NCBI GenBank assembly: GCA_052390515.1
Contig: JBQTGV010000070.1
Location: forward strand, 1 to 41,028
Length of the DNA stretch: 41,028 bases
Direction: 5' to 3'
From: Candidatus Eiseniibacteriota bacterium
GTDB taxonomy: Bacteria > ARS69
Shown here: piece after piece, positions 27,266 to 35,997 of the stretch
Position numbering within the stretch: position 1 is the stretch's first letter
How the letters are laid out: each line of letters opens with the position of its first letter
Notes under the pieces: model-generated
The model's input: the letters and a program-made list of their open reading frames with translations, nothing else
What the model was told of the DNA's origin: nothing
Databases searched by the model: none
Position numbers and translations under genes: made by a program

Positions 27266-28486
27266 CTATCCGAGCTCCACGCGAATCGTGCGGATCAGGA
27301 TGTCCAGAGCCTCCTTCACCGCGGCGGTCTCCGGGTGCCTGACGATGACGTAGCCGTCGCCGTCGTAGGTGCGGGACGCGGTCTGGCCCTCGGCCGGCAG
27401 CTTGACCGACACCGCCAGCCGTCCCACCCTGCGCTGCGCCTCTTCCAGGCCGTGGACGGCCTTGATCCTCCCCTGACCCTGCCCGCGAAGATACGCCGCC
27501 CCTGCGGCGAAGGGTCGTGCGGGCGGGTCGAACTCGTCGAAGACCATGAGCCGCGCCCATTTCGCGTACATGTCCGTGTCGTGCGCGTAGGAGATGAGCT
27601 GCACGAACTGCGCTCCGGGAGGCCTCGCCCCGACCTCGGAGATGGCGAAGCTGCCGTCGGGCCGGCGGAACCACTCCATGTGGCTCAGCCCGTTCACCAT
27701 GCCCAGCGCCGCCAGCGCCGCCTGCGCCAACGGGCGGAACGCGGCGAAGTCCGCACGGTCGATTTCCCGCGGGAGCACGACACACCACTGGATCCACGGG
27801 GTCTCCAGCACGGTCAGCGGCCCGGGATGATAGTCCGTCCCGGAGCACCAGATCACCCGCCCGCCGAGGCACACGCTGTCGAAGGAATGCTCTTCGCCGG
27901 TGACGAACTCTTCCAGCATGGAGGCGTGCTCGGCGCTGGGGCGGCCCCAGCCGAGCGCCTCCTTCAGCTGCGCCTCGCGCTCGACCCGGAACGTGCTCCG
28001 CGATCCGGAGCCGGCGGTGGGCTTGAAGATGAGGGGATACCCGACCTCCTCCACGAACTTCCACACCTCCGCCTCGCTGGTGACGCGCCGGTGGCGCGCG
28101 CAGGGCAGTCCGGCGACGGAGAGAACGTCCTTCATCCGGGCCTTGTCGCGGAAGTTCTTCGCCGTCGCGCCGCTCATGCCGGGGATGCGCAGGCGCTCCC
28201 GCACCTCGCCGAGCGGCACCTGCAGCTCCTCGAGCGCGCCCAGCAGGCGGTCGACCTTGCCGAGCCGGCCGGCGACGCCGCGGACCGCCTCCTCGATCCT
28301 CTGCGGGTCGAGCGCGTCCTCGACCTTCTCGGCGAGTGCGAGCTTCTTGCGGAGCGCCGCGGGCACCCGCTCCGGCGGATCCTGGGACACCAGGACGACC
28401 TTCACCCCGGCGAGGTCCGCGGTGGCGTCGATGAACCGGAGGGTGGTCTCCAACAGGAAAGGAGCCACGAAGACGACGTTCGGCAC
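27266..28486 (-). CDS. ATP-grasp domain ligase
   Basis: RDKARMK, GYPLIFKPTAGSGS, EEFVTGEE, SHMEWF, EVGARPPG. Confidence 0.9.
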   Translation of the reverse strand: MPNVVFVAPFLLETTLRFIDATADLAGVKVVLVSQDPPERVPAALRKKLALAEKVEDALDPQRIEEAVRGVAGRLGKVDRLLGALEELQVPLGEVRERLRIPGMSGATAKNFRDKARMKDVLSVAGLPCARHRRVTSEAEVWKFVEEVGYPLIFKPTAGSGSRSTFRVEREAQLKEALGWGRPSAEHASMLEEFVTGEEHSFDSVCLGGRVIWCSGTDYHPGPLTVLETPWIQWCVVLPREIDRADFAAFRPLAQAALAALGMVNGLSHMEWFRRPDGSFAISEVGARPPGAQFVQLISYAHDTDMYAKWARLMVFDEFDPPARPFAAGAAYLRGQGQGRIKAVHGLEEAQRRVGRLAVSVKLPAEGQTASRTYDGDGYVIVRHPETAAVKEALDILIRTIRVELG

Positions 28487-28496
28487 GATGCGGATT

Positions 28497-30512
28497 CTAC
28501 CGGTCGTCGGGCAGGCCCGCCAGCGCGGTCGAGGCGCCCGTGGATTCCGCCGGCGCGGTCGAGGCGCCGGTGGATCTCGCCTCCGCAGCCGGCGCGGAGC
28601 CAGGGTCGGGCTCCGGCCCGGTCGGCTCGAGGAACAGCGCCGAGAGCGGCGGGAGCGTCGCCGCGATGGAACGGTCCCTCCCGTGCCAGGGCACGTCCTC
28701 GACGGCGATCGATCGCGGGAGCTGCAGGCCGGTACCGCCGTAGCGGGGATCGTCGCTCTGGAACGCCACCACGTACTCCCCGGTGCCGGGGACCCCGATG
28801 CGGTAGGCCTTGCGGGTGACCGGTGTGAAATTCAGCACGATCACGAGGTGCCGGCGGTCCTTCGCCCGGCGGATCAAGGCGAGGATCGAGCGCGCCTCGT
28901 CGGCGCAGTCGATCCACTCGAAGCCGTCCCAGCCCGTGTCCCGCTCCCACAGCTCCGGCCGCGAGGCGTAGAAGCGAGTGAGCTCGCGCACGTAGAGCTG
29001 GAGCTCTCGATGGGGCGCGCTCTCCAGCAGGTACCAGTCGAGCTCGGCGTCGTGGTCCCACTCGCGCCACTGACCGATCTCCCCTCCCATGAAGAGCAGC
29101 TTCTTCCCCGGATGCGCGATCATCCAGCCGAGCATGGCGCGGACGTTGGCGAAGCGGTTGCGGCGCTCGCCCGGCATCTTGGACAGGAGCGAAGCCTTCT
29201 CGTGGACCACCTCGTCGTGCGAGAGCGGCAGGATGTACTTCTCGTCGAACGCGTAGGTGAGCGAGAAGGTCAGCTTCTCGTGCAGCTTGGGCCGCTCGAT
29301 CGGATCCGTCCGGAAGTACGAGAGCGTGTCGTTCATCCAGCCCATGTTCCACTTGAAGTCGAAACCGAGCCCGCCGTCGGCCACGGCCGCGGTCACCCCG
29401 GGCCAGGACGTGGACTCCTCGGCGAAGGTCAGCACGCCCGGAGAGCCGGCATGCACGGCCTCGTTCAGCTTGCGCACAAAGCCCACCGCCTCGAGGTTCT
29501 CGCGCCCGCCCTTCACGTTGGGCGTCCACTCCTCCGGATGCCGCGAGTAGTCCAGGTAGATCATCGACGCCACCGCGTCCACGCGCAGCCCGTCGACGTG
29601 GAAGCGCTCCAGCCAGAACATCGCCGAGGAGACGAGGAAGGAGACGACCTCGGGCTTGCCGAAGTCGAACACGTACGTGTCCCAGTCGGGGTGCACGCTG
29701 CGGCGCGCGTCGGTCAGCTCGTAGAGCGGCGTGCCGTCGAAGAAGCCGAGACCATGCGCGTCGCGGGGGAAGTGCGCCGGCACCCAGTCCAGGATCACGC
29801 CCAGGCCGGCCTGGTGCGCCGTGTCCACCAGCCGGCGGAAGTCCTCCGGCGTTCCGAAGCGCGACGTCGGCGCGAAGTACGCGGTGGCCTGGTATCCCCA
29901 GGAGCCGTCGAAGGGATGCTCGGTGATCGGCAGCAGCTCGAGGTGCGTGTGACCTTGCTCGCAGGCGTAGCGCACCAGCTCGTCGGCCACGTCGGCGTAC
30001 GACCGCCAAGCCCCCGCCTCGCCGCCGGCGCCCGGCTTGCGTCGCCAGGAGCCGAGATGCACCTCGTAGATGGAGATCGGTCGGTCGGCGCGCTGGCGCC
30101 GGGCCCGCTGCTGCATCCAGCCGGCGTCGTGCCAGTTCGGCTCGTCCAGCCCCAGCACGACGGAGCCGGTGCGCGGGCGGGGCTCCGAGGCGAAGGCTAG
30201 CGGATCCGCCTTGAGCAACTGCCGCCCGCCGAGCCGCGTGTGGATGAGGTACTTGTAGACCGAGCCGCGCGGCACGCCCGGGACGAAGGTCTCCCACACT
30301 CCCGCCTCGCCGGCGGCGAGCGGATGCGAGCCGGCCTGCCAGCCGTTGAAGTCGCCGACCACCTCCACCCGGCGCGCGGCCGGCGCCCACACGGCGAAGC
30401 GCACGCCGGCCGTTCCGTCCCGCGCTGCGGGATGGGCGCCGAGCACTTCCCAGAGGCGAAACTCCTCGCCCCGGGCGAAGCGTTCGAGTCGAGCTGATCG
30501 CGAATCCGTCAT
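28497..30512 (-). CDS. glgB: 1,4-alpha-glucan branching enzyme (GH13)
   Basis: FAVWAP, IYEVHLGSW, EHPFDGSWGYQ, LDWVPAHFP, DGLRVDAVASM, AEEST, KWNMGWM, LSHDEVVH, HPGKKLLFMG; ATGA overlap with the upstream gene. Confidence 0.96.
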   Translation of the reverse strand: MTDSRSARLERFARGEEFRLWEVLGAHPAARDGTAGVRFAVWAPAARRVEVVGDFNGWQAGSHPLAAGEAGVWETFVPGVPRGSVYKYLIHTRLGGRQLLKADPLAFASEPRPRTGSVVLGLDEPNWHDAGWMQQRARRQRADRPISIYEVHLGSWRRKPGAGGEAGAWRSYADVADELVRYACEQGHTHLELLPITEHPFDGSWGYQATAYFAPTSRFGTPEDFRRLVDTAHQAGLGVILDWVPAHFPRDAHGLGFFDGTPLYELTDARRSVHPDWDTYVFDFGKPEVVSFLVSSAMFWLERFHVDGLRVDAVASMIYLDYSRHPEEWTPNVKGGRENLEAVGFVRKLNEAVHAGSPGVLTFAEESTSWPGVTAAVADGGLGFDFKWNMGWMNDTLSYFRTDPIERPKLHEKLTFSLTYAFDEKYILPLSHDEVVHEKASLLSKMPGERRNRFANVRAMLGWMIAHPGKKLLFMGGEIGQWREWDHDAELDWYLLESAPHRELQLYVRELTRFYASRPELWERDTGWDGFEWIDCADEARSILALIRRAKDRRHLVIVLNFTPVTRKAYRIGVPGTGEYVVAFQSDDPRYGGTGLQLPRSIAVEDVPWHGRDRSIAATLPPLSALFLEPTGPEPDPGSAPAAEARSTGASTAPAESTGASTALAGLPDDR
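28523..28582. repeat. Imperfect 30-bp tandem duplication in the glgB 3' end (STGASTA x2)
   Basis: gcgcggtcgaggcgcc(c/g)gtggat at 28523 and 28553. Confidence 0.8.
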
Positions 30513-32113
30513 TCCATGTGCGGCAGCCGATCGTGGAACGGATCCCGCAGGCTTCCGCCGGCGCGGCCCGTCGCGCCCGTCTCCCGATCCAGCACCTCGA
30601 CCGTCCAGCGATACAGCCGGTCGGCGTCGTCCCGGCTGTCGCCGATGCAGGTGACGCCGACCTTCCCGAACTGGGAGAGAGCGCCGATCATGTGGAACAG
30701 AACGCCGGTCTGCGTCGACGGGCGGAAGTGCAGGCCGTGGAACGTCACGATGTCGAGCAGGTCCTCGGGCAGCAGGCCGAGGTACGAGGGCGAGTACAGC
30801 CCGTCGGTGGAGAAGTAGAACTTCGGGGTACCTCCCGGCGCGACGAAGAGGCCCGTGCTCCGGTCCAGCTCGCCGCAGGTCAGGAACTGCAGCGCCTGGA
30901 ACGGGTGTGTCGTGCCGCCCATCCGCAGGTTGATCTCCAGCGCGGCCAGCTTCCACTCCTCCCCGGGGTTGCGCGCGGCGAGGAAGTCCACGCCGAAGCG
31001 GCTCACGACGCCGTGATCGCGCAGCACCTCGGCGATCTTCCAGGTCGCGTCGCGGATGCGGAAGCGATACTCCTCCGCCGCCGGGAAGCGGCAGCCCACG
31101 TACGCCTGCCCGGTGTTCCCGCCGAGCACCTGGTCGTGCGTGGAGATCAAGGAGATGGATCCGTCCGGGAAGATGCGCATCTGCACGCTCGGGGACCGCA
31201 CCTCTTCCGCCTCCAGGAACTCCTCGACGATGCCGCCCATCTCCGCGAGCTTGCGGAAGTAGTCCTCCGCCGTCTCGTGGTCCGCGTTCCACTCCAGCCG
31301 CTCGAGCGCCGCGCCGACGGCGCTTCGCCGTGCGGTCTTCCCGTCCGGCCACTCCTCCGGATAGCGGAAGAGCGCGTTGCCTTCTCCGGAGAACCCCTCG
31401 TTGAGCTTCAGCACGGCGCGGCGGAGCTTCGGCCGGAGCGTCTTGAGCTCGAGCAGCGCGTCGGCGAACTCCTCGCGCGTGCGCAGATCGTTGAAGCCGG
31501 CAGGAAGATCGACTCCGGCGGAAGCGAAGACTTCGCGGGATCCGGACTTCGTGCCCAGCCGCCCGAGCCCCGGGTCCAGCCCGTTCAGCGGGATGTCCAG
31601 CGCGACGGCGAGCCGGCGCTCGAGAGCCGTCGTGTTGAAGCAGGTGAGGTAGGCGCGGCGAGGATCGCCGACCCAGTTCACGATGCGCTCGATCACGCGT
31701 GGCCGCTCCAGGATCTTCTCGGTGAGCGGCTTCGTGGCGCCGTCGTACACGCAGAGAAACGCGAGCCGCTTCCAGGCGTGGCTGGACGGCACCCCGACCA
31801 GCAGATGCAGGTAGTAGTCGACGATGTCGGGGTGGATCGGCTGGCTGGTGACGTAGAGCACGCGGGCCGCCGGATGGCGAAGGCGCATCAGCGTGAACAG
31901 GAGCCGCTCCTCGTAGAACGGCACCCCGCGGATCTTGGTCAGCTCCTCCTGATTGAAGCTGATGGAGGGCACGACGACCGAGGTGTGGCTCCACGGCGTC
32001 GGCGCGTGCACCGACTTCCACACCGGGAGCAGGCGCTCCTGGAGCCTGGCGAACGCCTCCTTTTCCTCCGGCGGGCCGGTGTCGTGGAGGGTCGGGGGGG
32101 CGAGGGTGGTCAA
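30509..32113 (-). CDS. PGM1-related peptide ligase (ATP-grasp, IQCH-like)
   Basis: YEERLL, GTKSGSR, KLNEGFSGEGNA, VEEF...SPSVQ, STHDQVLGG, FGVDF, EINLRMGGTTHP; TTG start after GGAG. Confidence 0.8.
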   Translation of the reverse strand: MTTLAPPTLHDTGPPEEKEAFARLQERLLPVWKSVHAPTPWSHTSVVVPSISFNQEELTKIRGVPFYEERLLFTLMRLRHPAARVLYVTSQPIHPDIVDYYLHLLVGVPSSHAWKRLAFLCVYDGATKPLTEKILERPRVIERIVNWVGDPRRAYLTCFNTTALERRLAVALDIPLNGLDPGLGRLGTKSGSREVFASAGVDLPAGFNDLRTREEFADALLELKTLRPKLRRAVLKLNEGFSGEGNALFRYPEEWPDGKTARRSAVGAALERLEWNADHETAEDYFRKLAEMGGIVEEFLEAEEVRSPSVQMRIFPDGSISLISTHDQVLGGNTGQAYVGCRFPAAEEYRFRIRDATWKIAEVLRDHGVVSRFGVDFLAARNPGEEWKLAALEINLRMGGTTHPFQALQFLTCGELDRSTGLFVAPGGTPKFYFSTDGLYSPSYLGLLPEDLLDIVTFHGLHFRPSTQTGVLFHMIGALSQFGKVGVTCIGDSRDDADRLYRWTVEVLDRETGATGRAGGSLRDPFHDRLPHME

Positions 32114-32149
32114 TGCGTCTCCGGTTCTCGCGGGGCTCCGTCGAGATTA

Positions 32150-32983
32150 CTAGATCGAGAGGTCCCCGAACATCACCACCGGCCCGGACGGCGCCTGCGG
32201 GTTCGGCGACCCGCCCAGGACCTCCTTGGACACGGCGAACGACTTGATGTCCGCCGGGTCCTCCACTTCGGGCAGCCGCACCATCGCGCGGCCGCCAGCG
32301 TCCACCTCGATCACCCCGAGGCTCTGCACCCTCGCGCCGAGGCCCCACAGCTCGTAGTCGTGCCCCGGCTCGAGCTCGAGGTTCTCCAGCACTACGATGG
32401 CGCGGCGGGTCGACGGATCGTAGAGCGCCCACCCCTTGAGGTCGGCCGCTCCGTCCGGCGTGGCCGCCAGGAACGCGACCTTCGCCGCGGGCGAAGCCAT
32501 CGACGCAGCCCACTGCCGCTCGTCGACGAGCTGCTGCTCGAGCCGCGCCTGCGCGCCGCGCACCGCATCCAGCTCTTCGCCCAGACGTCCGACGGCGCGC
32601 TGCTGCACGAACCAGCCGAGCGCGCAGGCCGCCGCGGCGAGCCAGCCGATCGTCGCGGCCATGGGGAACGGCACGACCTTCGCCCTCTCGGGCGGCGTCC
32701 CACGCGCCGGCTCCACCGCCGTCGCTCCCGCACCGCCGCGCTCCTCCCCCGCCGCCTTCGCCACCGCGTCGAGCACGCGCTTCCGCATCTCCGCGCGTGG
32801 CGTCACCGCCGGCGACGCCGCGGCGAGCACGCTCACCCCGGCGGAGAGATCGCGCAGCGCCGCCTCGCACTCCGCGCAGCCGCCCTCGAGGTGCGTCTCG
32901 AGCCGGCTCCGCTCCGCGTCGTCGAGCGCCCCGAGCACGTAGCCCGCGCAGAGCTCGAGCAGCTCGTCGTGAGGGGTCGTCAT
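32150..32983 (-). CDS. Anti-sigma factor, RskA family
   Basis: YVLGALD...HLEGGCAEC zinc motif, single TM, C-terminal YELW...FAVSKE..GGSP.P.GPVV. Confidence 0.88.
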   Translation of the reverse strand: MTTPHDELLELCAGYVLGALDDAERSRLETHLEGGCAECEAALRDLSAGVSVLAAASPAVTPRAEMRKRVLDAVAKAAGEERGGAGATAVEPARGTPPERAKVVPFPMAATIGWLAAAACALGWFVQQRAVGRLGEELDAVRGAQARLEQQLVDERQWAASMASPAAKVAFLAATPDGAADLKGWALYDPSTRRAIVVLENLELEPGHDYELWGLGARVQSLGVIEVDAGGRAMVRLPEVEDPADIKSFAVSKEVLGGSPNPQAPSGPVVMFGDLSI

Positions 32984-33537
32984 GCCTCTCCTCCTCCGGG
33001 GACGAGCTCACGCAGGCGCAGGAGCCCCTGCCGCATCCAGAACTTCACGCTGCCGAGCGGCGCGCCGAGCTTCGCGGCGATCTCGCTCTGCGTGAGGCCA
33101 TCGAAGTAGGCGCTCTCCAGACACTGCCGGTGTTTCTCCGGCAGGGCCGCGAGCGCGCCGGCCATCGTCATCGCGAGGCCCGACCTCGCCGCCTCGTCCT
33201 CCGGCGTGCGCGGCGGGGCGACCGGCTGCATCTCCAGCCCCTCCTCGGCCTTGCGCCGCGACGCGCGGCTGCGTACGCGATCCAGCGCCCGCGTCCGCGC
33301 GATCGTCACCAGCCATGACGCAACCGTGCCGCGCTTGGAGTCCCAGGCGACGCGGCTCTTCCAGGCCTGCACCCAGGCCTCCTGCAGGACGTCCTCGGCG
33401 TCGGACTCGTTCCGTAGGATGCGCAACGCGACACCGTACAGCAGGGGCGAGTAGCGGTCGTAGAGCTCGGCCAGCGCGGCTTGATCGCCGTCCTGCGCCG
33501 CGCGCATGGCGCGCTGGTCGTCGGGCTCTCGCGTCAT
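32980..33537 (-). CDS. ECF sigma factor, SigK-like
   Basis: LAELYDRYS, AEDVLQE, WLVTIARTRALD, AYFDGLTQSEIA...PLGSVK; coupled to an RskA-type gene; start may lie further upstream. Confidence 0.9.
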   Translation of the reverse strand: MTREPDDQRAMRAAQDGDQAALAELYDRYSPLLYGVALRILRNESDAEDVLQEAWVQAWKSRVAWDSKRGTVASWLVTIARTRALDRVRSRASRRKAEEGLEMQPVAPPRTPEDEAARSGLAMTMAGALAALPEKHRQCLESAYFDGLTQSEIAAKLGAPLGSVKFWMRQGLLRLRELVPGGGEA

Positions 33538-33554
33538 CGGGGGTCCGGTTGGAG

Positions 33555-33581
33555 TACGTTTCCCGCCGCCGTGGCGGATGG
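33555..33581 (-). promoter_or_regulatory. Candidate autoregulatory SigK-type promoter CCATCC-N17-CGTA
   Basis: Directly upstream of the sigma ATG; mirrors the plus-strand motif at 33647. Confidence 0.45.
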
Positions 33582-33646
33582 CGGGGAGCATAGCCGGGAT
33601 GGCGGAGCCCGTCATCACGCGGCCCGCGCGCCTTCGCCGGCCCGAC

Positions 33647-33672
33647 CCATCCGATTCGCGCCGGCCTCCGTA
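33647..33672 (+). promoter_or_regulatory. Candidate SigK-type promoter CCATCC-N15-CCGTA for the DUF4331 operon
   Basis: Close to the mycobacterial SigK consensus as I recall it (CCATCC-N15-CCGAA); lies next to the SigK-like gene. Confidence 0.6.
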
Positions 33673-33774
33673 GCAGCCCTCGAGCGGGGCAGCCGGCGTT
33701 TCCCGAGGGGGAGACGGCAGCCGGGGGGGCGGGAAGCCCCGCTCGCCTATTCCTCAGCAGCACCGGAGGGCTTC

Positions 33775-34386
33775 ATGCGAACTCGAACACTCGCGGGACG
33801 GCTGGCCGCCGCCGCCGCGGTCACCATCGCCGGCAGCGCGCTCGCCGCCGACCACGCCGAAGCGCCCGGGACGAAGGCCGATCCCGCAGCGGACATCGCC
33901 GACATCTACGCCTGGCACGACGGCGACGCACTCGTCACCGTCCTCACCTTCGACGGCCTCAAGACGCCTTCGCCGGGTCAGACCGGCACGTTCGAAGAGG
34001 GCATCGTCTACACCGTCAACATCGACAACGACGGCGACTACGTCGCCGACATCCGCGTCGACTCGCGCTTCGTGACCGACTCCCGCGGCAACCGCGGCAT
34101 CTACGTGCAGAACCTCCCGGGAGCGAACGGCCCGGTGGTCGGCTTCGTAGAGAGCGCGATCGCGGTGAACGGCCGCGACGCCGTCTTCGCCGGTCTCATC
34201 GACGATCCGTTCTTCTTCGACCTGGAGGGCTTCCGCGCGACGCTCGCGACCGGGACGCTCTCCTTCGATTCGAGCCGCGACTCCTTCGCCGGCCTGAACG
34301 TCACCGCGATCGCCCTGCGCATGGACCTGGGCGCGGCGCTCGACGGCGGCTCCACCTTGAACCTGTGGGCCACCACGGCCCGCTAG
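33775..34386 (+). CDS. DUF4331 family secreted protein
   Basis: Signal peptide, ADHAEAP, DIADIYAW, FAGLIDDPFFFD, DSFAGLNV; GGAGG RBS. Confidence 0.88.
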   Translation: MRTRTLAGRLAAAAAVTIAGSALAADHAEAPGTKADPAADIADIYAWHDGDALVTVLTFDGLKTPSPGQTGTFEEGIVYTVNIDNDGDYVADIRVDSRFVTDSRGNRGIYVQNLPGANGPVVGFVESAIAVNGRDAVFAGLIDDPFFFDLEGFRATLATGTLSFDSSRDSFAGLNVTAIALRMDLGAALDGGSTLNLWATTAR

Positions 34387-34397
34387 GAGGAACCACG

Positions 34398-34991
34398 ATG
34401 AGACTCCATCCACGCAAGGGGCTGCTGGCCGCCGGCTTCGCCGCCTGCACCGCCTTGGCCCTCGCCGGCTGCGGCGACGACGGGCGGTTGACCGCCGCCG
34501 CCGGGCGCTTCGACGCCGCCGGCATCGATCCTTCGCGCTTCACCGGCGGCGACCTCCGCGTCGACCGCATGGCCATGCCCGCCGTCGCCACGGCGACGAT
34601 CACCAGCAAGGATGCATACAACGCGGCGAATCCGGTGGACGACGCGGCCGGCACGTTCGTGAGCGAGATCGTGGGGAACGTCGGCGCCATCCACGCCGCG
34701 CTGGACGATGATCTGACCGCGCTCGGCCTCACTCCCTGCGCGACGATGACCTGCGTGAACCAGGCAGCGCCTTTCGTGGTGCCGGACGTGATCCGGATCG
34801 ATCCCTCGCTGCCGGCGGGGTTCCCGAACGGGCGCCGACTCACCGATCCGGTGATCGACGTCACGTTGGCTCTCGTGCTGCTGGACCTCTCCGTGCATCC
34901 CGTGAACGCGCTTATCGGCGTGAACCCCACGGCGAACGACCTTCCCTTCCGCGGCCGGTTCCCGTACGTGGCCCGGCCGCACACCTCCTGA
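34398..34991 (+). CDS. DUF4331 family lipoprotein (C-terminal-half type)
   Basis: AGGAGG RBS, lipobox LAGC, VDRMAMPAV, GFPNGRRLTDPVID, FPYVARPH. Confidence 0.85.
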   Translation: MRLHPRKGLLAAGFAACTALALAGCGDDGRLTAAAGRFDAAGIDPSRFTGGDLRVDRMAMPAVATATITSKDAYNAANPVDDAAGTFVSEIVGNVGAIHAALDDDLTALGLTPCATMTCVNQAAPFVVPDVIRIDPSLPAGFPNGRRLTDPVIDVTLALVLLDLSVHPVNALIGVNPTANDLPFRGRFPYVARPHTS

Positions 34992-35010
34992 CACCTTCGA
35001 CGAACGGAGC

Positions 35011-35038
35011 GATCCGCCTCGGGCGACCCGGGCGGATC
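35011..35038 (+). other. Intercistronic stem-loop
   Basis: gatccgcc-t-cggg-cga-cccg-ggcggatc inverted repeat with no U-tract. Confidence 0.55.
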
Positions 35039-35055
35039 CTCTGGAAGGAGAGATC

Positions 35056-35997
35056 ATGCTCGCGATGATCCTGATCGCCGCCGCCGCCGTGTCCGCCGCG
35101 GCCGCGTCCGCCGGCCCGGCGAGCTACGACGGAGAAGTGGCGCGACTGACCGGCGCGGTAGGCGCGTTCCGGGAGCGCGCCGCGGAGCAACCGCACTCCT
35201 GGCTGGAGCGCGAGCGCCTGGCCGGCGCTCTCATGGAACGCGCACGCGTGACCGGCTCGTTCGACGACTTCGCCGCCGCGGAGGCGGCGCTCGACGAGGC
35301 CTTCGCCCTGGCGCCGCGGGGAGCCGGCCCGCATCTCTCGCGGGCGCAGCTCGACTTCACATTGCACCGCTTCGACCGGGTCGAGCCGAGCCTCGCCGCG
35401 GAGGAGCGGCGGCTCCTGCTCGACGATCCGGCCCGCGCCGGCATCCTGGCGATGCGCGCGGACGTGGCGCTCCAGCAAGGGCGGACGGCAGAGGCCGTCG
35501 CGGGACTCGAAGCGGCGCTCGCGCTGCACGAGAGCCCGGACGGTCTGGCGCGCCTCGCGCTGGCCGAGCGGAAGGCCGGGAACGCCGCGCGCGCGGAGTC
35601 TCTCTACCGTGAGGCGCAGGCGAAGGACCGCGGCGCGCCGGCGTGGGCGCGGGCGTGGCTGCATTCGCAGCTTGGCCTGCTGGATCTCGACGCCGGCCGG
35701 ACGGACGACGCGCTCGCGCACTACGCGGATGCGGAGGCCGAGCTCTCCGGCTGGTGGCTCGTCGACGAGCACGCGGCCCAGGCTCTGGCGGCGGGCGGGC
35801 GGAACGAGGCGGCGGCGAAGCTCTACGCGAGCGTGGCCGAGCGGACCGGCAGACCTTCGCCCATGAACGCGCTCGCCGTCATCCTGCGGAAGTGCGGGGA
35901 CCCCGAAGACGCGCGCCACTGGTCCGAGCGTGCGCACCGCGCCGAGCACGAGATCGCCGCGCGGTTCCCGGAGGTTGCGCACGGACATTCGCACTGA
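35056..35997 (+). CDS. Secreted TPR-repeat protein with His-rich C-terminus
   Basis: Signal peptide, Ala/Leu-rich TPR helices, ends HGHSH; GGAG RBS. Confidence 0.8.
   Translation: MLAMILIAAAAVSAAAASAGPASYDGEVARLTGAVGAFRERAAEQPHSWLERERLAGALMERARVTGSFDDFAAAEAALDEAFALAPRGAGPHLSRAQLDFTLHRFDRVEPSLAAEERRLLLDDPARAGILAMRADVALQQGRTAEAVAGLEAALALHESPDGLARLALAERKAGNAARAESLYREAQAKDRGAPAWARAWLHSQLGLLDLDAGRTDDALAHYADAEAELSGWWLVDEHAAQALAAGGRNEAAAKLYASVAERTGRPSPMNALAVILRKCGDPEDARHWSERAHRAEHEIAARFPEVAHGHSH

Noticed and set aside
28497-33011. 1504-aa ORF as a GlgB fusion
   Set aside because: The upstream part is an Arg/Ala/Gly-rich off-frame reading of the PGM1-like and RskA genes; the real start is the ATGA overlap at 30512.
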